In this document: piece after piece, positions 18,589 through 27,499 of the stretch
How the letters are laid out: each line of letters begins with the position of its first letter
Position numbering within the stretch: the first letter of the stretch is position 1
Assembly (NCBI GenBank): GCA_019100305.1
Contig: JAHRHW010000001.1
Location: 1 to 44,410 of the forward strand
Direction: 5' to 3'
DNA: 44,410 nt
Source: Candidatus Thiodiazotropha taylori
GTDB taxonomy: Bacteria > Pseudomonadota > Gammaproteobacteria > Chromatiales > Chromatiaceae
Program-made: the position numbers and the translations under genes
The notes under the pieces: generated by a model
The model's database searches: none
What the model was told of the DNA's origin: nothing
The model's input: only the letters and a program-made list of their open reading frames with translations

Positions 18589-18612
18589 CTTATGTCAGTC
18601 TCTGGATCCGGC

Positions 18613-19356
18613 TTAGGCAGTCTCCCTAAGCAGTACCGTCAGTAACTTTCTCGCCTGTTCCATCCCCACAATCAGGTTCTTTTCGATATCTTTCATACTG
18701 ATTGATGCCTGCTGCTTTCCAGCCCCCCAGTTTGCCACGACGGCACAAGAGGCATAACAGAGTTCAAATTCCCTGGCCAAGGCGGCTTCCGGCATTCCTG
18801 TCATGCCTACGATATCACAACCATCCCGCTCCATCCGAGTGACCTCTGCGGCGGTCTCCAGACGCGGTCCCTGGGTTGCCCCATAGGTTGCTCCGTCAAC
18901 ACAATCCACACCGCTGATATTGGCAGCATCGATCAGGCGTTGGCGCAGTTGTTGACAGTAGGGATAGGTAAAGTCGATATGGGTAACGTGCTGCAGATCC
19001 TTTTCATAAATCGTGTGATCGCGGCCAAAAGTGTAATCAATAATTTGATCAGGAATGACAATCCTACCTGGGGCCATTTCCGATGTAATGCCCCCCACGG
19101 CAGCCACACCAATCACACTGTCCACACCGATATGGTGCAGAGCCCACAGGTTTGCCCGGTAGTTGACCCGATGTGGCGGGATGGTATGGGTCGCCCCATG
19201 CCTGGGAAGAAATACCACTTCACTTCCGGCAATTCTGCCGTGAGTCAGTGCTGCAGATGGCGCACCAAAAGGTGTATGGCAGACCTCCCGGTGAGTGATT
19301 TCAAGATCCGGAATTTTGTTCAGCCCGGTACCGCCGATGATCGCCAGTTTAGTCAT
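18613..19356 (-). CDS. MTAP-family nucleoside phosphorylase (methylthioinosine/methylthioadenosine phosphorylase)
   Basis: Motifs LAIIGGTG, FLPRHG..HTIPPH.VNYRAN, QGPRLETAAE and GMTGMPEAALARE. Confidence 0.9.
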   Translation of the reverse strand: MTKLAIIGGTGLNKIPDLEITHREVCHTPFGAPSAALTHGRIAGSEVVFLPRHGATHTIPPHRVNYRANLWALHHIGVDSVIGVAAVGGITSEMAPGRIVIPDQIIDYTFGRDHTIYEKDLQHVTHIDFTYPYCQQLRQRLIDAANISGVDCVDGATYGATQGPRLETAAEVTRMERDGCDIVGMTGMPEAALAREFELCYASCAVVANWGAGKQQASISMKDIEKNLIVGMEQARKLLTVLLRETA

Positions 19357-19439
19357 TCTTAGTTTGGTCTTTTATCGTTCGATGCTTCATTCCCGATTGA
19401 GGCCGGCATCGACACCGGCCCCAACCGAGTAAAACCTAC

Positions 19440-20045
19440 TCAGAGGCTTTCACTGTGGTCCGTCAGATAGTTTGCCACACCTTCCGGTGTATCTTTCATA
19501 CCCGCATCACCATCCTTCCAGCCGGCCGGGCAGACTTCACCATGCTCCTCATTGAACTGAAGCGCATCGACCATACGTATCATTTCATCAATATTTCTGC
19601 CGAGAGGCAGATCATTGACAACCTGATGGCGGACAATGCCGGATTTATCGATCAGGAAGGAGCCGCGAAGTGCCACATTGCCGTCAGTTGTCTCCACATC
19701 ATAGGCTTTACAGATGGCATGGTTCAGATCAGCGACCAGTGGATAACCTACCGGGCCGATGCCGCCCTCATTGACCGGTGTATTACGCCAGGCATTGTGG
19801 GTGTAGTGAGAGTCGATGGAACAGCCCACCACTTCGACTTGCCGTTGTTTAAACTCCTCCAGGCGGTGATCGAAAGCGATCAGCTCCGAGGGGCAGACAA
19901 ATGTGAAATCGAGAGGATAGAAAAACAATACTGCATATCTGTTTTTGATCGTTTTACTGAAATTAAAGTCATCGACGATCGTGCCATCACCAAGCACCGC
20001 TGCTGCAGTAAAATCCGGTGCCTCCCGTCCAACAAGTACGCCCAC
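19440..20045 (-). CDS. ahpC: Typical 2-Cys peroxiredoxin (AhpC/TSA)
   Basis: Motifs FFYPLDFTFVCPSE and HGEVCPAGW. GTG start preceded by AGGAGG. Confidence 0.92.
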   Translation of the reverse strand: MGVLVGREAPDFTAAAVLGDGTIVDDFNFSKTIKNRYAVLFFYPLDFTFVCPSELIAFDHRLEEFKQRQVEVVGCSIDSHYTHNAWRNTPVNEGGIGPVGYPLVADLNHAICKAYDVETTDGNVALRGSFLIDKSGIVRHQVVNDLPLGRNIDEMIRMVDALQFNEEHGEVCPAGWKDGDAGMKDTPEGVANYLTDHSESL

Positions 20046-20306
20046 AATGAACCTCCTGAGTTTTGCTTGAGTTGAATCAAAGTTCGAATCTGAAAAATTC
20101 TGAGCGCTATCTTAGAGACTCTTGAACCATGATGCTACGATTTGTCTCAATTTCCTCATTGAAAGCTCGAGATTCAGCTGCCGCTCGGACTGGTTGGGGA
20201 GAGAAATAGGTATGTGATTGAAAATTGATTAAAATCAGATAGCTAAAGTGGTGTACCAGGTCTATTGATTTGAGCGGTTTGGCAGGGAGTGGCGTTTCTT
20301 CCAGGC

Positions 20307-20338
20307 AAAAAAATAGGGGGTCAAACTACTACCCCCCG
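20307..20338 (-). terminator. Intrinsic terminator after the hemerythrin-like gene
   Basis: Minus strand reads GGGGGGT-loop-ACCCCCT followed by ATTTTTTT. Confidence 0.7.
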
Positions 20339-20364
20339 ATACTTCTCCTCCAATGATCCTGATT

Positions 20365-20805
20365 TTATACGGCCTGGGCAAATACCCCAGACTTTTCTAA
20401 AGTTGGTATCAGGATCGTCTCTTCGCGCTGAATCCGATCTTCAATCATGTCAAAGATCTCAAATGTTTCAGCAATAAACTCATCTGAAAAGTTGAAGTCG
20501 CAGTTCTTCAACCATTTATTATGGTATCGCTCAAACTGTTTTCTAATGGGTTTTTGCCCATTCAGAAATCCCCAGGCCATGGATTTCAATTTCGGATCTT
20601 GATGCGTCAGCAGGTCAGGATAGACACCCCGATCCTGGTCTGACATATGACCTTTCATCATCTCTGCCAGATCGCAAATCATCTTATGAGTTGTCATTGC
20701 GTTTGGCCTTATACTCAACTGTTCCCTCGTCATCATAGCTCTTAGATCACTGATAATCTGCTGCATATCAGTGTGGCTACCTTTCATACTTTCCAATGTG
20801 CTCAC
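20365..20805 (-). CDS. Hemerythrin/HHE-like four-helix domain protein
   Basis: 146-aa helical protein with H...HMSDQD..VYP...RIQREE.ILIP spacing resembling HHE repeats. Strong RBS (AAGGAGG). Confidence 0.65.
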   Translation of the reverse strand: MSTLESMKGSHTDMQQIISDLRAMMTREQLSIRPNAMTTHKMICDLAEMMKGHMSDQDRGVYPDLLTHQDPKLKSMAWGFLNGQKPIRKQFERYHNKWLKNCDFNFSDEFIAETFEIFDMIEDRIQREETILIPTLEKSGVFAQAV

Positions 20806-21031
20806 ACTATACCCTCCTTTAACGGTGCAAACTCCGACAGTCAGTCGGAGAGAAGCGAACTCTATTGAATTTGTCAGGACTCCCCGGTCTGATGCCAGGT
20901 TCTGCCATGATGGTACAAGCTTGTACTATTTGTGGAAAAATAGCAATAGGTGCTTAATATCTCTACTATTTTTCTAGGAAATCGAGGCAGGGTTTACCCT
21001 TGTATGGCATTATTCAATATTAGGGAAATTA

Positions 21032-21583
21032 CTAACTCCCAGGAAGCGCATAGATGGCTGCTGCGTTTCTGTGGTAGCCCTTGTAGTCCATTCCATAACC
21101 GAACACATAGCGGTCTTCGACCTCCAGCCCGACAAAATCCGCTTTGAACCCAACACCCCGATCGTGCTTCTTCTCCACCAGAACCGCACTCAACACCTGC
21201 TTTGCACCTGCGTCCTGACAAGCTTCGACAATGGCCGCAAGAGTGATGCCATGATCCAGGATGTCATCCACGATGAGGATTGTCTCGCCTGTCAGTGAGG
21301 CACTGGGGTGCCCTTTCCACTCCAGCTCTGAACCCGATGTCTCGCCCCGGTAGCGGGTTGCATGAATATAGTCATGACGAAGTGGAAAACTCAGCCTGGT
21401 CAAAAGTTGCCCAGTCGGTATCAAAGCACCATTCAGTACACACAATACCAGTGGATCCTGATCCGCGAGGCACTCACTGATCTCCAGTGCCATTCGATCC
21501 AGCGCTTGTGCGATCTGCTGACTGTTATAGATTAAGTCGGCTGTAGCCAAAACTTCAGCCGCCTGTTGTGCATTAATCGTCAT
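21032..21583 (-). CDS. hpt: Hypoxanthine-guanine phosphoribosyltransferase
   Basis: PRPP motif ILIVDDILDHGITL and RYVFGYGMDYKG. Start overlaps the nagZ 3' end. Confidence 0.92.
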   Translation of the reverse strand: MTINAQQAAEVLATADLIYNSQQIAQALDRMALEISECLADQDPLVLCVLNGALIPTGQLLTRLSFPLRHDYIHATRYRGETSGSELEWKGHPSASLTGETILIVDDILDHGITLAAIVEACQDAGAKQVLSAVLVEKKHDRGVGFKADFVGLEVEDRYVFGYGMDYKGYHRNAAAIYALPGS

Positions 21584-22631
21584 CTTCAAGCCCCAGATTG
21601 AGCGGTGTTTCCTGTGGAATTACTGACAGCTGATTGACAGCCTGTTTCCAACGTGAATCCATATGAATCTGCTGTAGAGAGCGCTGTTTTCGGCCATGCA
21701 TCCTTACCAAGCGGACATGTGCGGCTGGATCGTTGTAGGTTTTCAGGGATTCCAGAACCTGTATCGCGGCGGCACGGTTGTTACAGACCAGGATCATGTC
21801 ACATCCCGCCTCAAGTGCAAGCGCGGCCCGTTGAGCATAATTACCGGCTTCGCTGGCTGCTGCCATATCCAGATCATCACTGAAAATCACTCCCTGAAAT
21901 CCAAGCTGTTGCCTGAGCACCTGCTTTAACCAAAAGCCTGAAAAACCGGCCAGATCCTTGTCGATATGCTGATAGATGACGTGGGCGGGCATAATGGCTT
22001 CCATACCGGCATCGATCATACTTTCAAACGGACGCAGATCCTCCATCTTCAGATCCTCGAAGCGCCGCTGATCAATCGGCAGGGCCAGATGTGAATCAGC
22101 TGCCACACCACCGTGACCCGGGAAGTGCTTGCCAACCACCGCCATACCGGCTTCGTGACAACCCTGCATCCATGCGTGGGCCAGACGGGTAACCTCATCC
22201 GGATTCTCGGAAAAGGCGCGATCACCGATCACTTCACTGATCCCCAGCCCCAGATCGAGAACCGGCGCAAAACTGAAATCAACGCCGCAGGCACGCAGCT
22301 CCGAGGCCATCAACCAGCCGCCAAGCTCTGTCAGCCTGAGTCCCTGTTCCGGGTGTCTACGGTACTCCTGCCCATACCAGGCGGCCGGAGGTAGCTCTGA
22401 AAACCCCTGCCTGAAACGTTGAACCCGCCCCCCTTCATGATCCACCGCAATCAGCAGTTGGGGAGTTCTGATGCCATGAATATCTGCGCAGAGGTTACTG
22501 AGCTGCTGCATGGATTCGTAGTTCCGTGAGAACAGAATAACCCCGCCCACCGCCGGATGTTCCAATAGCTCACGCTCTTCAGGGGTCATCTCCGGGCCTT
22601 CCAGATCGATCATTACCGGCCCGAGACTCAT
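21573..22631 (-). CDS. nagZ: Beta-N-acetylglucosaminidase NagZ (GH3)
   Basis: Motifs AVDHEGGRVQRF, KHFPGHGGVAADSH and FSDDL.M. Start MSLGPVMID at 22631 has a GGGAG RBS. Confidence 0.95.
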   Translation of the reverse strand: MSLGPVMIDLEGPEMTPEERELLEHPAVGGVILFSRNYESMQQLSNLCADIHGIRTPQLLIAVDHEGGRVQRFRQGFSELPPAAWYGQEYRRHPEQGLRLTELGGWLMASELRACGVDFSFAPVLDLGLGISEVIGDRAFSENPDEVTRLAHAWMQGCHEAGMAVVGKHFPGHGGVAADSHLALPIDQRRFEDLKMEDLRPFESMIDAGMEAIMPAHVIYQHIDKDLAGFSGFWLKQVLRQQLGFQGVIFSDDLDMAAASEAGNYAQRAALALEAGCDMILVCNNRAAAIQVLESLKTYNDPAAHVRLVRMHGRKQRSLQQIHMDSRWKQAVNQLSVIPQETPLNLGLEDDD

Positions 22632-22871
22632 ACCCATTCTCCCTGTTTCAGATTGGTTTTTGTGGCACTCAGAATAGCCTTCCGAATGGCCTGTTTGGAA
22701 TTCCGAATGCTGTTTCCTGGTGCTTTTATTATCATTGAGTTTAAATACTATCTGCTTGGGCCTATCAATCAATAAGCTTGCTTATGCGGTTACCTGATCC
22801 CGGGGATTCAGGTTTAATATTTACCTCAGTATGCCGCAAACATAGATGAAGTGAAAATCAGGGTTTGAATC

Positions 22872-23267
22872 ATGCGAAATCTCTTTTTGGTCTGTCTCTT
22901 AGTGCTCATTCCCAGCCAGGTTTTATGGGCTGAGGATGAAGAAAAAGCTCCCCCCACAATCAGCTACTATCAGATCAAACCCTCTCTGGTCGCCAATCTG
23001 GCAAAGGGCGGCAAATACATCCGCTGCGATATTCAGCTGATGACCAAAGAGGAAGCTTTTCTCGAGACACTGACGCTGCATGGTCCGGCGATCCGCCACG
23101 CACTGCTGATGCTACTTTCCGAACAGGATGGGAAGACCCTGAAATCTCCCGACGGAAAAGAGGCGCTACGCAAGGCCGCACTCACTGAAGTTAAAAAAAT
23201 TCTTGAAGAAGCAACGGGTAAGGATGCCGTTGAAGCACTACTCTTCACAACTTTCTTTGTGCAATAA
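22872..23267 (+). CDS. FliL-family protein (stand-alone)
   Basis: N-terminal hydrophobic helix, YY.IKPSLVANL, GKEALRKAAL and C-terminal LLFTTFFVQ typical of FliL. Confidence 0.8.
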   Translation: MRNLFLVCLLVLIPSQVLWAEDEEKAPPTISYYQIKPSLVANLAKGGKYIRCDIQLMTKEEAFLETLTLHGPAIRHALLMLLSEQDGKTLKSPDGKEALRKAALTEVKKILEEATGKDAVEALLFTTFFVQ

Positions 23268-23320
23268 ATCGGATGGTCGCTGAACCTGCTACCTGAAAAG
23301 ACGCCTATACGGGTATTGGA

Positions 23321-24118
23321 TCACCCATGAGAGCGGTGGTCCAAGCGGTCCCTCAATCGGTCGCCGAGGATATTGAGTGACAGCACCACAAGCATAATCG
23401 CCACCCCAGGTGCCAGTACCATGTGGGGTGCCATCAACATATAGCTCGCCCCATCCCTGATCAGACTGCCCCATGAAGCATCGGGTGGCTGTATGCCCAA
23501 CCCAAGAAAGGATAACCCGGCTTCGGCGATCACCATACCCGCCATGCCGAATGTCGCTTCCACGATCAACGGCGCGGACAACAGAGGCAGTAGATGACGT
23601 AACAGGATCAGATGGCGTGGGGTTCCCAATGCGATCGCTGCGGTAACGTGGTCCCGCTGTTTCAGCGACAGTACCTGCCCTCGGGTCAAGCGGGCAAATC
23701 CTACCCAGCCCACGGCAGAGAGTGCGATAATCAGATTGTCCACTCCAGGCCCCATGACACCGGCCAGAGCAATTGCCAGGAGTATGCCCGGAAAGGCTAA
23801 AAACACATCCATAATCCTGACCAGGATAAGATCCAGCCAGCCTCCCTGATAACCAGCAAACAATCCAACCGCTGTGCCAATCAACAGGGAGAGCGTCACC
23901 ACCCCAACTGATACCAGCAGGGATACCTGGGCACCTACCCAGATCCGTTGCAGAATCGGACGCCCCAGATCGTCATAGCCCATCAAACCCTGTTCGCCCG
24001 GTGACTGAAGAATTCGCTGCAGATCGATCTGGTTGGCTGACTCCACAACCCAATCTCCGCTGATTGCCGCGACAGCCCATAGCGCCAGGATGCCAAGTGG
24101 AAACCAAAGCCTGATCAT
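23321..24118 (-). CDS. Peptide ABC transporter permease (DppC/OppC-like)
   Basis: Motifs GYDDLGR, RIMDVFLAFPGILLAI, an EAA-like loop and EAGLSFLGLG.QPP.ASWG. ATGA overlap with the upstream permease. Confidence 0.92.
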   Translation of the reverse strand: MIRLWFPLGILALWAVAAISGDWVVESANQIDLQRILQSPGEQGLMGYDDLGRPILQRIWVGAQVSLLVSVGVVTLSLLIGTAVGLFAGYQGGWLDLILVRIMDVFLAFPGILLAIALAGVMGPGVDNLIIALSAVGWVGFARLTRGQVLSLKQRDHVTAAIALGTPRHLILLRHLLPLLSAPLIVEATFGMAGMVIAEAGLSFLGLGIQPPDASWGSLIRDGASYMLMAPHMVLAPGVAIMLVVLSLNILGDRLRDRLDHRSHG

Positions 24119-25044
24119 TTGGAATTGTCCAGCCGGATACGTGGATCGATCAAGCCATACAGCAGATCGGTCAGGGTATTGACCAGCACATACATCAGGC
24201 TGATGAACAGCACGCAACCCTGTACAACGGGATAGTCGCGTTTTTGAATCGACTCGATCATCAGGGAACCGATACCGGGCCAATCGAACACTACCTCGGT
24301 AACCACCGCCCCACCCAACAGGGCACCCAGCTGCAATCCAAGCAGGGTAGCCACAGGAAGCCAGGCATTGCGCATGGCATGCCGCCAGATCACCTGAAAC
24401 TCAGCAACCCCTTTCGCTCTAGCCGTACGGACAAAATCCTCACCCAGAACCTCCAGCAAACTGCTGCGAACCATGCATGCCAGAATGGCGGCAAAACCGC
24501 TACCCAGAGTCACTGCCGGCAGAATCAGGCTGGTGAGCCCGTCCCGCCCACTGACCGGCGTCAAGCCCAGCCACAAAGAGAAACAGAGAATCAACATGGG
24601 ACCCAACCAGAAGTTGGGGATAGAGACTCCCAGCATGGAAAAACCCATGGCTCCCCAATCCCAGGCTTTTCCTCTTTCCACTGCCGCCAGAATCCCCAGC
24701 GGAACAGCGATGATCAGCGCCACAAAAAGTGCCGCAAATGCCAGCTCCAGGGTGGCTGGAATTCGCTCTGCCAGTAACTCACCCACCGCTCTCTTACTGT
24801 GTAGAGATTGACCCAGGTCGAATTGGGCCAAGCCACTGAAGTAGTTCAGCAACTGGGTATCGATCGGCTGATCCAGGCCGAGACTGGCTCGCAACGCCTG
24901 TCGGTCTGCGGGTCTTGCCGACTCCCCCAGCATCACATCCACAGGATCTCCGGGCACCAGGTGAATCAGCAGAAAGACCAGACAGGCAACACCGAACATC
25001 GAGACAAACGCAGTCACCAGTCTGGACAACAGAAAGCGCCCCAT
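24115..25044 (-). CDS. Peptide ABC transporter permease (DppB/OppB-like)
   Basis: Motifs LVPGDP, SIPNFWLG, DFVRTARAKG, EVVFDWPGIG, RDYPVVQG and DPRIR. Confidence 0.93.
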   Translation of the reverse strand: MGRFLLSRLVTAFVSMFGVACLVFLLIHLVPGDPVDVMLGESARPADRQALRASLGLDQPIDTQLLNYFSGLAQFDLGQSLHSKRAVGELLAERIPATLELAFAALFVALIIAVPLGILAAVERGKAWDWGAMGFSMLGVSIPNFWLGPMLILCFSLWLGLTPVSGRDGLTSLILPAVTLGSGFAAILACMVRSSLLEVLGEDFVRTARAKGVAEFQVIWRHAMRNAWLPVATLLGLQLGALLGGAVVTEVVFDWPGIGSLMIESIQKRDYPVVQGCVLFISLMYVLVNTLTDLLYGLIDPRIRLDNSK

Positions 25045-25538
25045 CAGTCACGGATCTCCACCAGCATGCCTGGCTCAACCCAATCAAACAGCTCGATCAG
25101 ATCCCGGTTGCGCATTCTGATGCAGCCATGGGATCTCGGCACCCCCATGGGTTCACTATCCGGAGTGCCGTGGATATAGATGTATCTTCGCAGCGTATCC
25201 ACCCGGCCACCACGATTGAAACCGGATTCTAGGCCGGACAACCAGATAATGCGGGTCAATACCCAGTCACGTTCCGGTTGTTGTTCAGCCAACATTTCAC
25301 TGTAGCGTTCGCCGCTTGGACGCCTGCCGACAAACACGGTATCAAGTGGACAGTCTGCGCCTATTTTGATCCGTACTCTGTGTTTGCCTCGTGGGGTACA
25401 ACCACTCTCCTGGGATTCACCAGGGCCGTTCAAACCGGTGGATACAGGATATGAAGCCACCATTTCACCGGACTCCAGGCAGCTTAACTCCTGGCTGGCA
25501 AGATCAATTTGCAGTTGTCGATTGCACATGGCTTCCAT
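25044..25538 (-). CDS. Signal-less YkuD (L,D-transpeptidase fold) enzyme, ElsL-like L,D-carboxypeptidase candidate
   Basis: Catalytic motif YIYIHGT...SHGCIRM with no signal peptide or accessory domain. TPRG and PERDW.L.RI.WL.GLE.GFN motifs resemble Acinetobacter ElsL/LdtK as I recall it. Confidence 0.85.
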   Translation of the reverse strand: MEAMCNRQLQIDLASQELSCLESGEMVASYPVSTGLNGPGESQESGCTPRGKHRVRIKIGADCPLDTVFVGRRPSGERYSEMLAEQQPERDWVLTRIIWLSGLESGFNRGGRVDTLRRYIYIHGTPDSEPMGVPRSHGCIRMRNRDLIELFDWVEPGMLVEIRD

Positions 25539-27042
25539 CCGGGACAGATTTAAGTTTCACTTGGGCCAAACCATCATAGTTACCGTCTGACATCAGTTTA
25601 TAGCCCTTGATACGGCTCCCCTGCACAGACAGCTGATCTTCATACCAGAGTGGAATATAGGGCAGATCCCGGTGCAGTTCAGCCGCCACCTGATGATAGA
25701 GCTCCGCCTGAGCGGAGAGACTACTCGTCTGCTCAGCGCGGTTGAGTAGTTGATCCACTGTTTTACTTGCATAACGACCACGATTTGCCCCACTCGGAGG
25801 CAAGGAGTCACTGGCAAAGATATCCCGATAGATGTCCGGCGTCCTGATACCAACCCAACTCAGACTGTAGAGCTGAAAGTTACCCTGTTTGATATCACCG
25901 AAGAAAGTCCCCCAATCGTAACTGCGCAGATCGATTTCGATTCCCACCGCTTTCAACTGGCTCTGGATCACTGTGGCAAGACGTATACGAAACGGGTCGC
26001 TGGAGGTTTTATAGGTCAGTCGCAATGGATTTCTATCGCTGTAACCCAGTTCGCCAAGCAGCGCTCTCGCTTTGTCAGGATTGTATTCATAAGGGGCCAG
26101 CTGATCAGATGCCCAATGTTCCGGTGGAAACAGGGACCCCGCCTGACGTGCCGCTCCCTGCATTACCCAATGGATGATCGCCTGTCGGTCGATGGCGTGG
26201 GCAATCGCCTGTCGAATCTGCCGTTTCCCTGTCAGTGGATCCTGAAGATTGAAACCGATATAGGTGTAGTTACTGCCTGGATGTTGTTCCACGCTCACTG
26301 TCGGTTGACGGCGTAGATAACCGATCAGTTCAGGTGAGATGTCATTTTGCAGCAGGTCGATCTCACTTCGCAGCAACTTCAATACCCTTACCGTTGGATT
26401 ATTCACGGTGAGAAGTTGAAAGATCTGCCCATCAGAGCGTCTGCGCAGATGAAGCTCTCCGGCTTGAGGCCAGTCAAGCAGGTCGAAAGCACCGCTGCCA
26501 ACGGGTTCCCGGGCAAAATCATGATCCTGCTCGATCAGTTCTGCAGGAAGGATATCCAGGGTCAGGTAGGCGGGAAAAAGTGGATCCGCACGTTTCAGGT
26601 GGAAATCGAGATGTCGCGTATCAACCTCTTCCATCGATGCAATCAATTCCAGACTCGCCTGTTTGGGCGATGCCAGGGCAGGATTGAGCACTTGTCGATA
26701 GGTTGCCACCACATCCCGGCTGGTTAATTCTCGATCGTGACTGAAATTCCCAGCATGCTGATTCAGGGTAAAGCGGTAGTGGGTTGGAGTAATCACTTGC
26801 CAGCTTGCGATACCAGGCCTCGGTCTGCTGTCAGGATCAAACTCCACAAGACGCTGATAGAGCAGTCGGTTGACCCGTTCCGATGTTGCATCGGTGGCAA
26901 AGCGGGGATCGAGATTCAGCGGCCCATTGGCCAGTCCCATGCGGATCGTCTCTCGCTCCTGATCCTGGCATCCAGTGATCAGCAGACAGCTTAGCAACAG
27001 TAGCGCAAGGAGCGCTCCTCTCGGCATCCGATCACCATTCAC
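25504..27042 (-). CDS. Peptide ABC transporter substrate-binding lipoprotein (SBP family 5)
   Basis: Lipobox LITG-C and motifs LDPRFATD, PVGSGAF, YIGFNL, RQAIAHAIDR and DLPYIPLW. Confidence 0.92.
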   Translation of the reverse strand: MNGDRMPRGALLALLLLSCLLITGCQDQERETIRMGLANGPLNLDPRFATDATSERVNRLLYQRLVEFDPDSRPRPGIASWQVITPTHYRFTLNQHAGNFSHDRELTSRDVVATYRQVLNPALASPKQASLELIASMEEVDTRHLDFHLKRADPLFPAYLTLDILPAELIEQDHDFAREPVGSGAFDLLDWPQAGELHLRRRSDGQIFQLLTVNNPTVRVLKLLRSEIDLLQNDISPELIGYLRRQPTVSVEQHPGSNYTYIGFNLQDPLTGKRQIRQAIAHAIDRQAIIHWVMQGAARQAGSLFPPEHWASDQLAPYEYNPDKARALLGELGYSDRNPLRLTYKTSSDPFRIRLATVIQSQLKAVGIEIDLRSYDWGTFFGDIKQGNFQLYSLSWVGIRTPDIYRDIFASDSLPPSGANRGRYASKTVDQLLNRAEQTSSLSAQAELYHQVAAELHRDLPYIPLWYEDQLSVQGSRIKGYKLMSDGNYDGLAQVKLKSVPDGSHVQSTTAN

Positions 27043-27499
27043 AAAATGGATGTTTCACCAGGTTGGCATTGTAGTAGCGGGTATCACCGGATACCTCCTC
27101 ACCAGCCCACTCCGGCATGACGAATGCCTCATCTTCCCGGCCCAACTCGACCTCGGCCATCACCAAGCCCTGATTGGCCCCATGAAACAGGTCCAGATCC
27201 CAGATATGTTCACCGCAGCGGACCTTGTAACGGACCTTATCGATCGCCGCCCCGCTGACCAGATGATCAAGCAGTTCCTGTGCTTCATCGAGGGGGATCG
27301 GATATTCATACTCCTGGCGACTGATGCCGACCGTACGTCCCTTGATGTTGATATTGGCCTCATCCCCGTCCACCCTGACACGTACACTGGCCTGTTCCGT
27401 GGTTGCCAGATAGCCCTGTTTAATCACCGCTTCGCTGATTACGAAATCTCTCCACTTGTCATTTACAACCAGAAACTTACGCTCTATTTCTAAAGCCAT
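27032..27499 (-). CDS. CYTH domain protein (triphosphate tunnel metalloenzyme)
   Basis: Motifs EIERKFLV, RVR, EYEY.IP, K.RY and AEVEL. Confidence 0.92.
   Translation of the reverse strand: MALEIERKFLVVNDKWRDFVISEAVIKQGYLATTEQASVRVRVDGDEANINIKGRTVGISRQEYEYPIPLDEAQELLDHLVSGAAIDKVRYKVRCGEHIWDLDLFHGANQGLVMAEVELGREDEAFVMPEWAGEEVSGDTRYYNANLVKHPFCEW

Noticed and set aside
19455-20075. 206-aa ORF antisense to the peroxiredoxin, and similar antisense ORFs over tssM, the SBP and lepB
   Set aside because: Shadow frames of well-supported genes caused by codon bias.
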